Of a stretch of DNA of 64,000 nt, positions 1 through 11,672 are shown in pieces. Below the pieces are notes generated by a model. It was not told where the DNA came from. It was given only the letters and a program-made list of their open reading frames with translations, and ran no database searches. Position 1 is the first letter of the stretch; the number at the start of each line of letters is the position of its first letter. The stretch lies in NCBI GenBank assembly GCA_951804945.1, contig OX638153.1, positions 30,442,001 to 30,506,000 on the forward strand. Reading direction: 5' to 3'. The position numbers and the translations under genes were made by a program. The DNA comes from Podarcis cretensis. Taxonomy: Eukaryota.

Positions 1-701
1 CCATTGATTTTCCTGCCTTTAAACCAATTTGGTGGGCGCATGGTGCTTATTTTCTTGCCTTGTGAACAGATTGGTGATTGTGTGTGGTATCTGTCTTACA
101 TAAATAACTTAAAATAATAATTTAAATAACTTATAATATACTACTTGCATTCGATGTTTTTCTGCTCCGTGTTGATTTACAATGCCTCCTCATACCTCCA
201 CACAGAATTTGTGACTGTGGGCCTCCCGTGTCTAGACTTTTGAGATATTTCGGGATCTCAGACTTGCTGGAAGTCTCTCATCTCATTTACTTTAATGCTC
301 AGACACGTAGTCAGAAGAAACACAACATACCCGACAAAATATGGCCTGTTTCTTCACATCTTCAAGAGCTGTTTGGAACCCGCATTCCAAAGCCGAGAGG
401 CTGAGGACTTTCTTAACAATGCTGATTTGTTGAACAAAACCCAGAAGGGTTTCCTCATTCATGTAGCCTTGTATAACAGCATTGTGTAGGCTCAAACCAT
501 AGCTGACACCCATTTGTTGCACAGGCTATTTGACAGTCTCCGCCATGGGCATATGGTTGTGTCGTCCAGCCAAGAGTCAAGCTATCAGACCTGGCTTGCT
601 AGAGAGATGCTTTGGGGCTGTAATTCTGTAACCATGTATTTATTATTTATTTGTGTTTCACAATTGTATCATGCCTTTCCTCTAAGTTGTTCAAGATACA
701 G

Positions 702-1034
702 CAGAGGTGGGTTTAGGGCAGCGTGACTGGTACCCCGGCAAAGGGGCCTAGGGGGCACCTTCCTACTTTCTTCTCAAAGTCTAGTAAGTGATGGGCTTTG
801 GGAAGCAGGTGTGAGGGCTCTAGCAGGATCCTAGAGTCCTCCTGTCTCCTTCCCAAAGCCTAGTTAGTGTTTGCCCAGCTTTGGGAAGGGGTCAGGAGGA
901 CCCTGCCAGAGCCTCACACCTCCTTCCCAAAGCCCTGCACCTCACTTACCCAGCTTTGTGAAGGCAGTTTTAGGATGGAGGGGTGTCAAATTTTGGCCTC
1001 GCACAGGGCTTCATATTACCAAGGTCCGCCCCTG
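702..1034. mobile_element. hAT-like MITE
   Basis: Imperfect TIRs (CAGAGGTGGG...TCCGCCCCTG), flanking direct repeat GATACAG (695-701 and 1035-1041), and an internal inverted repeat (about 793-830 vs 898-935). Confidence 0.6.
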
Positions 1035-2455
1035 GATACAGTATACATAGGGTTATCTCCTTTTATCCTGTAGGCAACCCTTTCAGGTAGGTTATTCTGC
1101 TGGGACAGAGAGTGACTTAACCAAAGGTAGTTTCACAGCTTACTAGGGATTTTGAACCCAGGTCTTCCACATACAGGTCCAAACACAATATCTGCTTTAA
1201 CACAAGGGAGTACATGTGCCTGAAGAAATTTAGAGCTGAGCCAAAGGTTTTATTGATTCCTTTTCTGGCTCAAACATGGGGTTTTGGAGAGGAACAGGCA
1301 GAAGTTTCATGAAACCACACACACGCTTCACCTGCTTTCACAGCTGTTGCCACTTGTTTATGATTATATGTGGTATCATTCTAAAGCCAGTTCAGAGTGA
1401 GGAATATTTCCCTCTGCTCTCACGCTGGCACCTTCTGAGTAGGAAGCACACAGGAAACTGCCAGGCAGAAGCAGGGAGTTTAGAAGCTATTGTAGCAAAT
1501 GGAGCAAGCATTTTGCATACCTTTGTGTCCCTTATAAATCACCAAACATCACCTCCCTCCAACTTTGCAGCTTGCAGCCAGGGTGGTCAAGTTGTGGGGC
1601 ATTTTGGCTCCGCGCTAGTAATTAGGATTGGACAGTTGATGTGCTTAAGAGTTCTGCATTCTAGTTTTTTTACACAAATTGTTTCCAGCAGCGACCTATA
1701 CTATTGATACAATATAGTCCGCCTGCCATCATCCATCATGTGTGTGCGTGCTTAGACGCAGGGTGGGGGGAAGAGAGAAAGGATCTCTTTAGCTCCTTCT
1801 TTTATTGTAACTTTCCTTTGAATCGGTCACGCCTGAAGAGGAGTCACGCCGACAACATATTTGAACAACTGGCTCTTTTGAAAGACTACAACATATTTGA
1901 GCAAATAGCTGTCGTTTATGCAAGGACTCTCCTTCTCACTCACGTAGGGTGTGCTTGTTCTGTGCTTGTTCACTGCACATACTCTCCTATGCTAGAATGA
2001 ATCTACATGGACTAATAATGCCAGTTAATCCCAGTGCAGAAATGCACCTGCTGACGGCACAGCAGTGGGAGTGAATAGTAGCAGCGGGTGTGGTTCACAA
2101 TTGTACTCAACAAGCTACATATCCTTCTTTAGTGAGCCCCACATCTTTGTCTAGGATACACAAGGCTAACTGCACCAAGTCAGTTGTATCTGGCCCAGTC
2201 TTGTCTACTCTGACTTCCAATAGCTTGCCAGAGTGCCTGGAAACTCCTAGCTTTCCCTGTCTATGATCACTTAACTGGAGATGCCACAAATTAAACATAG
2301 GGCACCTTATCTGCACAAAGAATGTGCTCTACCGCCACTGGAGTGGTATTCTTCACATCCAAGATTCAGTTAGTTATGTCTTTATTGTTTCTCTGTACCA
2401 ATCCAATTGCCCATGCTCCTTGTGCCAACTCGTCCTTTGCTGTGTTTCTTTTCAG

Positions 2456-2482
2456 GGTCCTTCAGGAAGACCTGGGCTTCCG
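2456..2482 (+). CDS. COL13A1: COL13A1 exon, GPSGRPGLP (COL1)
   Basis: ttttcag|GGT...CCG|gtaaat; 27 bp; matches recalled human GPTGRPGLP. Confidence 0.92.
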
Positions 2483-3451
2483 GTAAATATTTTTTCCCCC
2501 TTTTGTGTTTCTCCTCCTCTCTTCTTCTTTTCTTGCCAGCTGCCTAAAGTCTGTGAATACTGGGGAGGAGATAGCTGGCTACCCATTGCAAAAGAACATA
2601 TTGTCAGACAATAGGTGTAGACAATATAGTACCCTTTAGATGGTTTTGGACTCACATCAGCTTTATCCTCAGCCAGTATGGCTACTGCTCAGTCCAGTAA
2701 CATCTGAAGGGTGCCATGTTCACCTCTTCTGCTGTAAAGAGAACTGGATTTCAGTGGGACATGCAGACTGACCCAATGTCAGGACAAAGGTTTTAAGTAT
2801 AGAATTTCCCAAGTCTTTCTTGTAATGGAGAGCACACATTTCCTTTAAGAAGTTCTTTTGATTTCAGATGAGCTCATAGCATTTAGGGTATTTCCTTCCC
2901 ACATTGCAGTTTTCATTCTTGGAGTTGCTTCTGCAAGCCACTCCTGCAGAAACATACAAAGGATCTATATCTTGGTCTACTTACAAGTCATATAATAAAG
3001 CTCTCAGGAGTTTTCAGATTCTTGGCATACCCAGCATTGACTTGTGAGTAGGCAGAAATGTAAATCTGTCCTATATTATTTAATCGTGGAAAGGATTTGC
3101 AGGTTCAGTTGAACAAATACCATTGTGTGAGGAATGTGTTCTTAGTGATGCAGAAATAGAGAGCTGACCTGTTTGGCCCATGTGCAATGGAAGCTCCAGT
3201 TCATTAGATTTTTTGGTGTTGTGGGTTGATTTCCTTCAGGAATTTGTGGCCCAACATTCCTTGAGCAAAAAACCATGCATTTTATGGCTTGGGTTTAGCA
3301 GAAACCAAGCATCAGGAAAATATAATGACAGAGAAGACACATCCTTCCAGCCCACATTCAGACACTGGCATTTTGGGAAGCTGCCAGTCACATTTATAGC
3401 ACAGTTAAGAATATAAAAGGTGCCTCATATTGGACACCTCATTGTCTATGT

Positions 3452-3578
3452 CAGGGGTACCCAACACAGTGCCCTTCATATGTTGCTGAACTGTAGTTTC
3501 CACCACCTCTGACCATTGGCCCTGTTGGCTGGGGCTGATAGGGATTGTAATCCAAGGACAGTTGGCTGGCTACCCCTG
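3452..3578. mobile_element. hAT-type short MITE
   Basis: TIR CAGGGGTA...TACCCCTG; 8-bp TSD GTCTATGT/GTCAATGT. Confidence 0.7.
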
Positions 3579-4505
3579 GTCAATGTAGTCTAGTGCTGTG
3601 ATTGGAAGCATGTTGATTGTCACCCTGATTTTAGAAGCTTGGAGGAGCTTCCCCACTTCTGCTACCTAAGATCTCTTGATCTGGTTGATATAAGTTTCAT
3701 TGCCACCATTGATTTCACTTCCTGGAAGTAGTAGTGGCTGATAAGGGGGTATGGAAAACAATACCACAAAGCAGCTGTCAAATGGGAGGGGAACATCTGG
3801 GGCTTACCAACCAACATCTGTGGGAGTAGCCTGGGCAAGAGATACTCATGAAGGCATGTGCTGGTAATTTTGGGCCAATTGTGTAATTAGTCTGTAATAT
3901 CCACATGGGTATGGTGAACTAGCCAGTCACCAAAACAGCTGCACAGTGCTACATGTGAGGCACTATTGTTTTGGCTGCTTCCACCAGGTCGTGGATCACA
4001 GGCACCCCTCTCTCACAACCAGCATTGGCGGTCACTTGACCACTTTCTGCCTCTCTGTAACTAGCTGTCACTGCTGGAATGGAAGGTGTACCTAGCTTAC
4101 CTTGGGTGGTTTTGCATTTGCCTAGCTGGGATAGGATCTATTATCAGAATCCATTCCATTATCCTTCTATGTTTGCTAGGTAGGAACATGGCTAGTTCAT
4201 TAAATCTTTTCTTAATGGACACATCCCCCGTTCCTCTCAAACAGCAAAAGATGTAAATATTCTTTTCCCACCTTGTTGACAGCTTGCATTCTTCTTTCCC
4301 CTCTAAGCTTGTTTATATGAATAGTCTTATTATCAGAGATTAAAAACAAAACCAGCATGGTGCCGGTCACTTTTTATGGGATTTGTAAACATATACCTAA
4401 TGCTAATCCACATGGAAATCAGGTATTAGTGATAGTCTGTGGACATGATCCGTCACAAAAAATATGCCAGAGGGACTTCATACTGGAGGACTGACATTTT
4501 CCCCT

Positions 4506-4540
4506 CTAATCTAATCTAATCTAATCTAATCTAATCTAAT
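4506..4540. repeat. (CTAAT)7 microsatellite
   Basis: direct reading. Confidence 0.95.
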
Positions 4541-4787
4541 GATAAGTTACTGACTTCAGAAGCTAGTTCACTCAGGGGAAAGCGAAAGAGCCTATCTATA
4601 TGAACAACTATAACCACAATAAATGTACCACTGTTTTTCACTGTAAGTATGGGAATATGATTTTGGAAGTCAGTTCTCTTTTTCATTAAAGGGACGTTTC
4701 TCAGGGCAGAAGTCAGTTTTAGCTCCAAGATGGGGTTGGTGCCAAAAACCATAGTCTCTTGTTGAGTTTTCTCCTCAAAAGTTTTAG

Positions 4788-4895
4788 AAACGCCATCCCA
4801 TCAGATGTCAAGGAGAAAAAGAACTATACAACTTTTAGAGGACATCTGAAGGTAGCCCTGTATCAGGAAGTTTTTAATGTTTGACGTTTTATTAT
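4788..4895 (+). mobile_element. Older L2 LINE 3' fragment, left half (split by a later insertion)
   Basis: Translates as an L2 ORF2 C-terminus (NAIPSDVKEKKNYTTFRGHLKVALYQEVF); its 3' UTR resumes at about 9015. Confidence 0.7.
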
Positions 4896-7800
4896 AATAA
4901 TATAATAATAATAAATTTTATTTATATCCCGCCCTCCCCAGCCGAAGCCAGGCTCAGGGCGGCTAACAACAATAAAACAGTACAAAAGTACAGCACAAAC
5001 AACACTCTAAAATCATTCATTATAAAATTAATTAAATTCAAGCCACCGGCCACCATTGGGCCAGAGCTGCGCGAAGATTGCCAAGGGAGGGAGTCAGGCT
5101 GTGCCCTGGCCAAAGGCCTGGCAGAACAGCTCTGTCTTGCAGGCCCTGCGGAAAGATGTCAAGTCCTGCAGGGCCCTAGTCTCTTGTGACAGAGTGTTCC
5201 ACCAGGTCGGAGCCACAGCCAAAAAAGTCCTGGCTCTAGTTGAGGCCAGCCTAACTTCTCTGTGGCCTGGGACCTTCAAGATGTTTTTATTTGAAGACCG
5301 TAAGTTTCTCTGTGGGGCATACCAGGAGAGGCGGTCCCGTAGGTACGAGGGTCCTAGGCCGTATAGGGCTTTAAAGGTTAAGACCAGCACCTTAAACCTG
5401 ATCCTGTACTCCACCGGGAGCCAGTGCAGCTGGTATAGCACCGGGTGAAAGTGATCTCGCAGCGAAGACCCCGTAAGGAGTCTCCCTGCAGCATTCTGCA
5501 CCCGCTGGAGTTTCTGGGTCAGTCTCAAGGGCAACCCCATGTAGAGCGAGTTACAATAATCCAGTCTGGAGGTGACCGTCGCGTGGATCACAGTGGCTAG
5601 GTCAGGGTGTGAGAGGTAAGGAGCCAACTGCTTAGCTTGGCGGAGATGGAAAAATGCCGCCTTTGTTATAGCTGCAATCTGCGCCTCCATGGAAAGGGAG
5701 GTGTCGAAGATTACACCCAAACTCTTAACAGACGGTGCTGGCACTAATTGCGCCCCCACAAGAGTTGGGAGTTGCCCCCCCCCCCAATCCCATATCATCC
5801 CGTCCCAGCCACAGGACCTCTGTCTTCGAAGGATTTAGCTTCAACCGGCTCCCACGTAACCATCCAGCCACAGCTTCCAAACATCTGGTCAGTGTGTCTG
5901 GGGCCGAGTCAGGATGGCCATCCATCAACAGATAGAGTTGGGTGTCATCGGCATACTGATGGCAACCCAGCCCAAAACTCTGGACAAGCTGGGCGAGGGG
6001 GCGCATAAAGATGTTGTAAAACATCGGGGAGAGTATCGCACCCTGAGGTACTCCACACACCAAGGAGTGGTGTGATGACAATTCCCCCCAAGCGCCACCC
6101 TCTGTCCCTGACCAGAGAGAAACGAGCGCAGCCACTGAAGGACTGTGCCCTGGATCCCCACGTCGGCAAGGTGGTGGTCCAGAAGTTCGTGATCGACCAT
6201 GTTGAAAGCTGCTGACAGATCTAGAAGAATCAGCAGCCCCGACCCGCCTCGATCCAGCTGTCTACGAAGATCATCTGTTAGGGCAACCAGAGCCGTCTCG
6301 GACCCATGACTAGCGCGGAAGCCGGACTGGAATGGATCCAGAGCCGATGTTTCATCCAGAAACCCACCAAGCTGTTCAGCAACCGCTCTCTCAATCACCT
6401 TACCCAGGAACGGAAGATTCGAAACCAGGCGGTAATTGGATAGATCTAAAGGATCTAATGATGTTTTCTTTAAGAGCGGGCGCACCACTGCCTCCTTCAG
6501 TTCCCCTGGGAATGTCCCCATGCCAAGGGACAAATTGATGATATCCCCCAGGAGGGCCCGCACCTCGTCTGGACATGCTCTAATCTGCCAAGACGGGCAC
6601 GGGTCGAGAGGACAGGTGGTGGGCTTTCCAGCTCGGAGGAGTCTGTCCACATCGGCTGGGGATATCCGGTTGAAGTGGTCCAATACTGGACCCGAGGACA
6701 GTCGAGGAGCCTCCAGTTCCTTTATTGTTTCCAAATTGGCAGGGAGGTCATGGCGGAGCAACAAGACCTTCTCCGCAAAAAAGCTCGCAAATGCCTCACA
6801 GCTGTGTGTCAAATTGTTATTTAAATTTGGCTGTCCCTCAAGGGACGTTAAAGACCTGATTATACTAAATAATTGCACCGGGCGAGAGCTAGCGGATGCA
6901 ATGGAGGCCGAGAAGTAAGACTTCTTAGCAGCCTTCACTGCCATCTCGTAGGTTTTCATAAAAGCCCTATAAGATGTTCTTGAGGCTCCATCACGGGCAC
7001 CCCGCCATACTCGCTGAAGCCGTCTGAGGTCCCACTTCATTTTCCGGAGCTCCTCGGTAAACCAGGGAGCCCGGTTTCTGCAGGGTCGCAGAGGGCGCTT
7101 CGGTGCGATCTCATCGATGGCTGCCAGGAGCTGGATATTCCAGCCCTCAACAAGCTCAGTCAATGAGTCGCCAGGGGCAGCAAGGTCCCGCAAGGCTTGG
7201 CGGAATCTATCAGGATCCATCAGCCTCTGCGGGCGAGCCCAAATCGGCTCGCCACCTAAGCAGGGTGGGGGTGGAAAGTCAATCCTGGCTTTCAGAGCGT
7301 AGTGATCAGACCATGGCACCTTCATCGAAGGAGACATGATCACATCTATACCTACGCCAAAGATCAAATCCAGCGTGTGGCCTGCTTGATGTGTGGGCCT
7401 GAAACAAACTGGGAGAGCCCTAGTGTCGCCATGGAAGACACCAGGTCCAGAGCCTGTGAGGAGGGAGTGGCATCAGCATGGATGTTGAAGTCCCCCAATA
7501 CCAATAGGTTAGGGAACTCCAAGGCCCAGCTGACCACCGCCTCCAATAGGCCTGACAGGGTGGCTGCTGGTGCGCTAGGTGGCCGGTACACCAGCCAGAC
7601 AGCCAAGCTCTCCTTGGAGCCCCACACCAGGCCAACACATTCAATGCCGGGGATCGATGGCGATGGTAGAGCCCTGAAAGGACAATCTTCCCGGATTAAT
7701 AATGCCACCCCTCCCCCCCGGCCCACAGTCCAGGACTGGTGGAGGACGGCGAAACCCGGGGGCGCCATCTCTCGTAAGGTAACTGTTGCCCCTTCGCGTA

Positions 7801-8990
7801 CCCAGGTGTCCGTCACACAAGCCAGGTCGACCCCCTGCGAGATAAAGAAATCTCGCAGGGTGGCGGTTTTGTTGCCTATAGACCTGGCATTGCACAGCAC
7901 CAGTGACGGAGGTGAGTAATCCTTGCTCACCCTACCCTCGTCCCTCGGGATGAGGCGCAGATTGGAAGGGGTACGAGCATATCCATATCTCGATCCCCTT
8001 CGCCTATAACATCTGCCCCCACCGCCATACCTCCCTCGCCCCTCCGCGGTAGCAATCCCAAGCCTCATAGTAGCCTCCATTGATGGCAATTAATGTTATT
8101 CTTTCGCAGCCTAAAACAATAAAACCTTAAAACAATAAAAACAAAAAACAAAAACAACCCAGAAAACAATAAAACAATACAAATAAAAACTGCAAAAATT
8201 ACAAATTCATCAAAATCTAACAAATTCCCAAGCCCACCCAAACATCCATCCCACCCCCATATATAAAAAATCTAAAGGGAAAGGAACATTTTAAAACATG
8301 TTAAAAAGAACTCTGCACCCCTCCGGGTCCTCCTGGGCAGTAGCAGCATCAGTGGCAACAACCGTCCCTGTGAGGCCCCACCTGGGCCAGATAGTAAGTG
8401 GCAGGAGCAGTCCTTGTGAGGCTTCAGGCCCCGCCCTGGACAGATGGTAAGTGGCAAGAGCAGGGCCCTCAGGCACTCACAGGGGAGTCCTCCTGGGCAG
8501 CAGAGCAGTCCTTTTGAGGCTTCAGGCCCCACCCCAGGCCAGATGGTAAGTGGCAGGAAGGAGCAGGGCCCTCAGGCACTCACAGGGGAATCCTCCTGGG
8601 CAGCAGAGCAGTCCTTTTGAGGCTTAAGGCCCCGCCCCAGGCCAGATGGTAAGTGGCAAGAGCAGGGCCCTCAGACACTCACAGGGGAGTCCTCCTGGGC
8701 AGCAGAGCAGTCCTTTTGAGGCTTCAGGCCCCGCCCCAGGCCAGATGGTAAGTGGCAAGAGCAGGGCCCTCAGACACTCACAGGGGAGTCCTCCTGGGCA
8801 GCAGAGCAGTCCTTTTGAGGCTTCAGGCCCCGCCCCAGGCCAGATGGTAAGTGGCAGGAAGGAGCAGGGCCCTCAGGCACTCACAGGGGAATCCTCCTGG
8901 GCAGCAGAGCAGTCTTTTTGAGGCTTCAGGCCCCGCCCCAGGCCAGATGGTAAGTGGCAAGAGCAGGGCCCTCAGACACTCACAGGGGAG
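4896..8990 (-). mobile_element. L2-clade LINE, near full length, with APE endonuclease + RT ORF broken by about 3 frameshifts
   Basis: ORF pieces 7364-8089 (LCNARS, DLACVTDTW, VYRPP, LGDFN), 5925-7367 (FQSGFR, LLDLSAAF), 5725-6135 (GVPQG, YADDTQLY) and 5094-5798 (LHWLPVEYRIRFK, typical of L2); 3' stem-loop and (ATT)n tail at about 4896-4965. Confidence 0.9.
8326..8990. repeat. 99/103-bp tandem monomer array at the L2 5' end
   Basis: GTAAGTGGCA recurs at 8394, 8447, 8546, 8649, 8748, 8847 and 8950. Confidence 0.95.
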
Positions 8991-9014
8991 TGTTTTTCTA
9001 TGTGCTGTAGGCAC

Positions 9015-9108
9015 ATTATGTTTTTCTATGTGCTGTAAGCTTCCCAGAGTGACTAAGGAAACCCAGCCAGATGGGTGGGGTATATATAATAAATTATTAT
9101 TATTATTA
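9015..9108 (+). mobile_element. Older L2 LINE 3' end, right half, with (ATT)n tail
   Basis: cccagagtgactaaggaaacccagccagatgggtgggg...aataaattattattatt, the typical lizard L2 terminal stem-loop and tail. Confidence 0.75.
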
Positions 9109-11124
9109 ATGTACAAAGACACCCATGATAGTCATCTACCCCGGCCTGCCAACAACACAGCCTACACCACAGTCAAGGGCTGGGGAAATGTATAACATGA
9201 TGATGTCTTGATTCTGCTCAATATGCCTAAACATAACAGGGACGAGTGGGAGAACTTGAAGCCGGTGTATCATTTTTGTTGGCAGCTCAGTCTGAAAAGC
9301 ATAACATTTAGTTCTGTTCTTGCTTGCTGTTTTGTCAGTGTGTATAAATATCTGAGCTCAAGATATATGACTGGGCATCCATCAATTGCAAAGCATGCCT
9401 TCGCACATTAAAAAACAAAAACCTTGTTATATACATGGACATGATAATGGAAAAACATCTGGGAAAACTGAGCTGTTTATCAAGGCACGTACAAATTAGT
9501 AGTGTGTGCATGTCTTGTACTCACGTATCTATACCTCAATTCAAAATGTCAAGTAAGAAGCTCTCCTACTTTTTATTTCTTGATTTCAATTTGAATTAAC
9601 CCAAAAGGTTCAGCTTTGATAATTAGGGAGCTTTAGGATTAATTTTCTGAAATTTGGGAGTAAAATGTGTTCAGCTTCAGAAATTAGTTTGGAAAGTTCT
9701 TCTCTAGAAAGACCATACAAGGGTCAGACTTGAAGCTAGTTCAGATCTTAGATATGACACCTTTGGATAAAATATCCCTCAAGTGTGACTTTCAAATGCA
9801 AAGAAATAAAAATAAGGGACCTAAGCACACTTTGTGGAATCTTAGGGGATAATAACATCAAGATAGGCCCTTGTTTTTCATGCGGTTGTATAGTGTGTTG
9901 GCTGCTTTGGTGATGAAAACCTTAGAAACACATGGTAGGCAGGCAGCCAGGCAAACCATGCTGACTTATTAAGCTATGAAGGTTGTGCCAATGCACTGTG
10001 AGGGGTATAAACATTACTCATGAGTGAGTGTGTTTCTTGGCATTACATGATAGGCACCCTGCTCTCTTAAGCATCAGTAATTTATTCTGAACATCATAGG
10101 CAGGGATGTGTGTGTGGTGCAATTCAAGAGGAATCTGGAAGGCAGTACTGGGTTCAGAATTCAACTTCTTGATAAGATCAGCTTTATTTCATTGTCTAAA
10201 AGCATGTTGCTAGCCTTTAGGGTTCCAAAGATATATATGAATGTTTTTGCACAGAGAGGGCAGGGCATGATGCAATGCACATTGTTCAAAATAGAGAGTC
10301 CATTACCAGACATAAGACTCATAAATGCTAGACTCTCGTATACATCCTTACCTAGGAGTAATTTCAAATGAACTTAGTGAGACTTAATTCTAAGTAGACA
10401 TGCATCCACTATGAGGTTGCAATCCTGCCCATTAGCTGGGAGTAAGCCCCAGTGATTTCTTAGTAGACATAGTTAGGACTGCAGGCAGGAAGATCTGAAA
10501 GTGTAACTTTTTTTCCAGCTTACAACATGCACATTTAAAGCAAGTAATTTCTATGCCTCTTAGTCAGTGGCAGGCCTTGGGGTGTCAAATTTCAGCAGAC
10601 CCTGTGTGACACAAAATTTGAAAAAGTGTAGAACTGATTTTCTCAAATTAACTGATACAAGGGTTCTTTAGCTGTGATTCAAGGGCTTCTGGTGCATTTT
10701 TCAGGGGCATGTTGATGCCACACTGCTAATAAAAAAGGAAAATGCTAAAGAGCTATTGATTCCTGTTAGTAGTTCTACCTCAGGCTGAAGAGGCAAGCCA
10801 CAGAGAAGCTGCTTGTTTCTTTGGCAGTGCAAGTTGTTTTTTTTTAATAAAAAAAGACCCTTCTGCTAATGTGTGATTCTCCATCACACAAATAGCAATG
10901 GAAGAAAAGAACAGCAGGTGATTAATAATCATAAGCCTTTCAAATACCTTCCCCACATGGTGACATAATGATGATTCACAACAAACAAGCAAGGCATCCA
11001 AAATAAAACACAATTTAAGAACCAGTGGGCTACCACTTATTATACTAATGGACTAGGAAATATACTGATAAACAGAATATGTCATTAGACTACGAGAGGG
11101 CTCATTTTCTTCTTTCCTTGGTTT

Positions 11125-11222
11125 CCCATAGGCATCTAGTTGGCCACTGTGATAACAGGATGCTGACTAGTTGGGGCTTTGGCCTGATCCAGCAGGCTCT
11201 TCTTATGTTTTGTTCTTATGTT
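11125..11222 (+). mobile_element. CR1-type 3' end fragment
   Basis: ggccactgtg...tggcctgatccagcaggctcttcttatgtt...cttatg terminus. Confidence 0.55.
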
Positions 11223-11636
11223 CTCAACAACTTCAATGTGTTATGCAATATTGCAAATTCGTGAAACTATAAAATGTTTCTATATAATGACACCATGTAT
11301 GTTTCTTTATCAATTTTCTGCACAGCTATACTTACGTACTTATAGACATATTTAAAATATATTTACACATACACCTATACGCACACAAGACCATGCAAGC
11401 AGATTTATACCGTTGCATTGAAGATGCTCCAACCACATAGTTTCCACTTCAGAGTCCATAAAATACGAAAACTTCTGTATTTTCAACATAACACACAAAC
11501 ATCTAAACCAATTACATAAATTTTAAATTAATCAATGCAGCTACTTGAAACGCCAAGTAAAAGCTCATTTGTGTCACTTTATAGCACCACATATGGCCAG
11601 TTTCCAACTGCCCTCTGATTTTGCATTAATTGTTAG

Positions 11637-11672
11637 GGAGACAAAGGCGCCATGGGGATCCGTGGACTACCG
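11637..11672 (+). CDS. COL13A1: COL13A1 exon, GDKGAMGIRGLP (COL1)
   Basis: tgttag|GGA...CCG|gtgagt; 36 bp; matches recalled human GDKGAIGMPGRV. Confidence 0.9.

Noticed and set aside
292-726. Short ORFs at the window start, and the many 60-150 aa ORFs elsewhere in introns
   Set aside because: No recognisable domain, many rely on non-ATG starts, and the number fits chance in intronic DNA.
1-2455. The very short (recalled 8-bp) exon and the NC1 exon expected upstream of GPSGRPGLP
   Set aside because: No convincing AG-G.CC.CC.-GT match was found; they probably lie upstream of the window. The tag|gcaaccctttcag|gtaggt at about 1074 is 13 nt and lies in SINE-like sequence.
5056-7919. Long + strand ORFs (5056-5448, 6436-6918, 7302-7919) and 54009-54287
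   Set aside because: They are antisense shadows of the LINE coding frames, with no independent motifs.
8326-8990. Regularly spaced repeats resembling a CRISPR array, and repeat-derived ORFs (8646-8921, 8851-9195, 8272-8532)
   Set aside because: The units are contiguous and near-identical with no unique spacers, the context is vertebrate, and no cas genes are present. The ORFs are by-products of a 99-bp GC-rich repeat.
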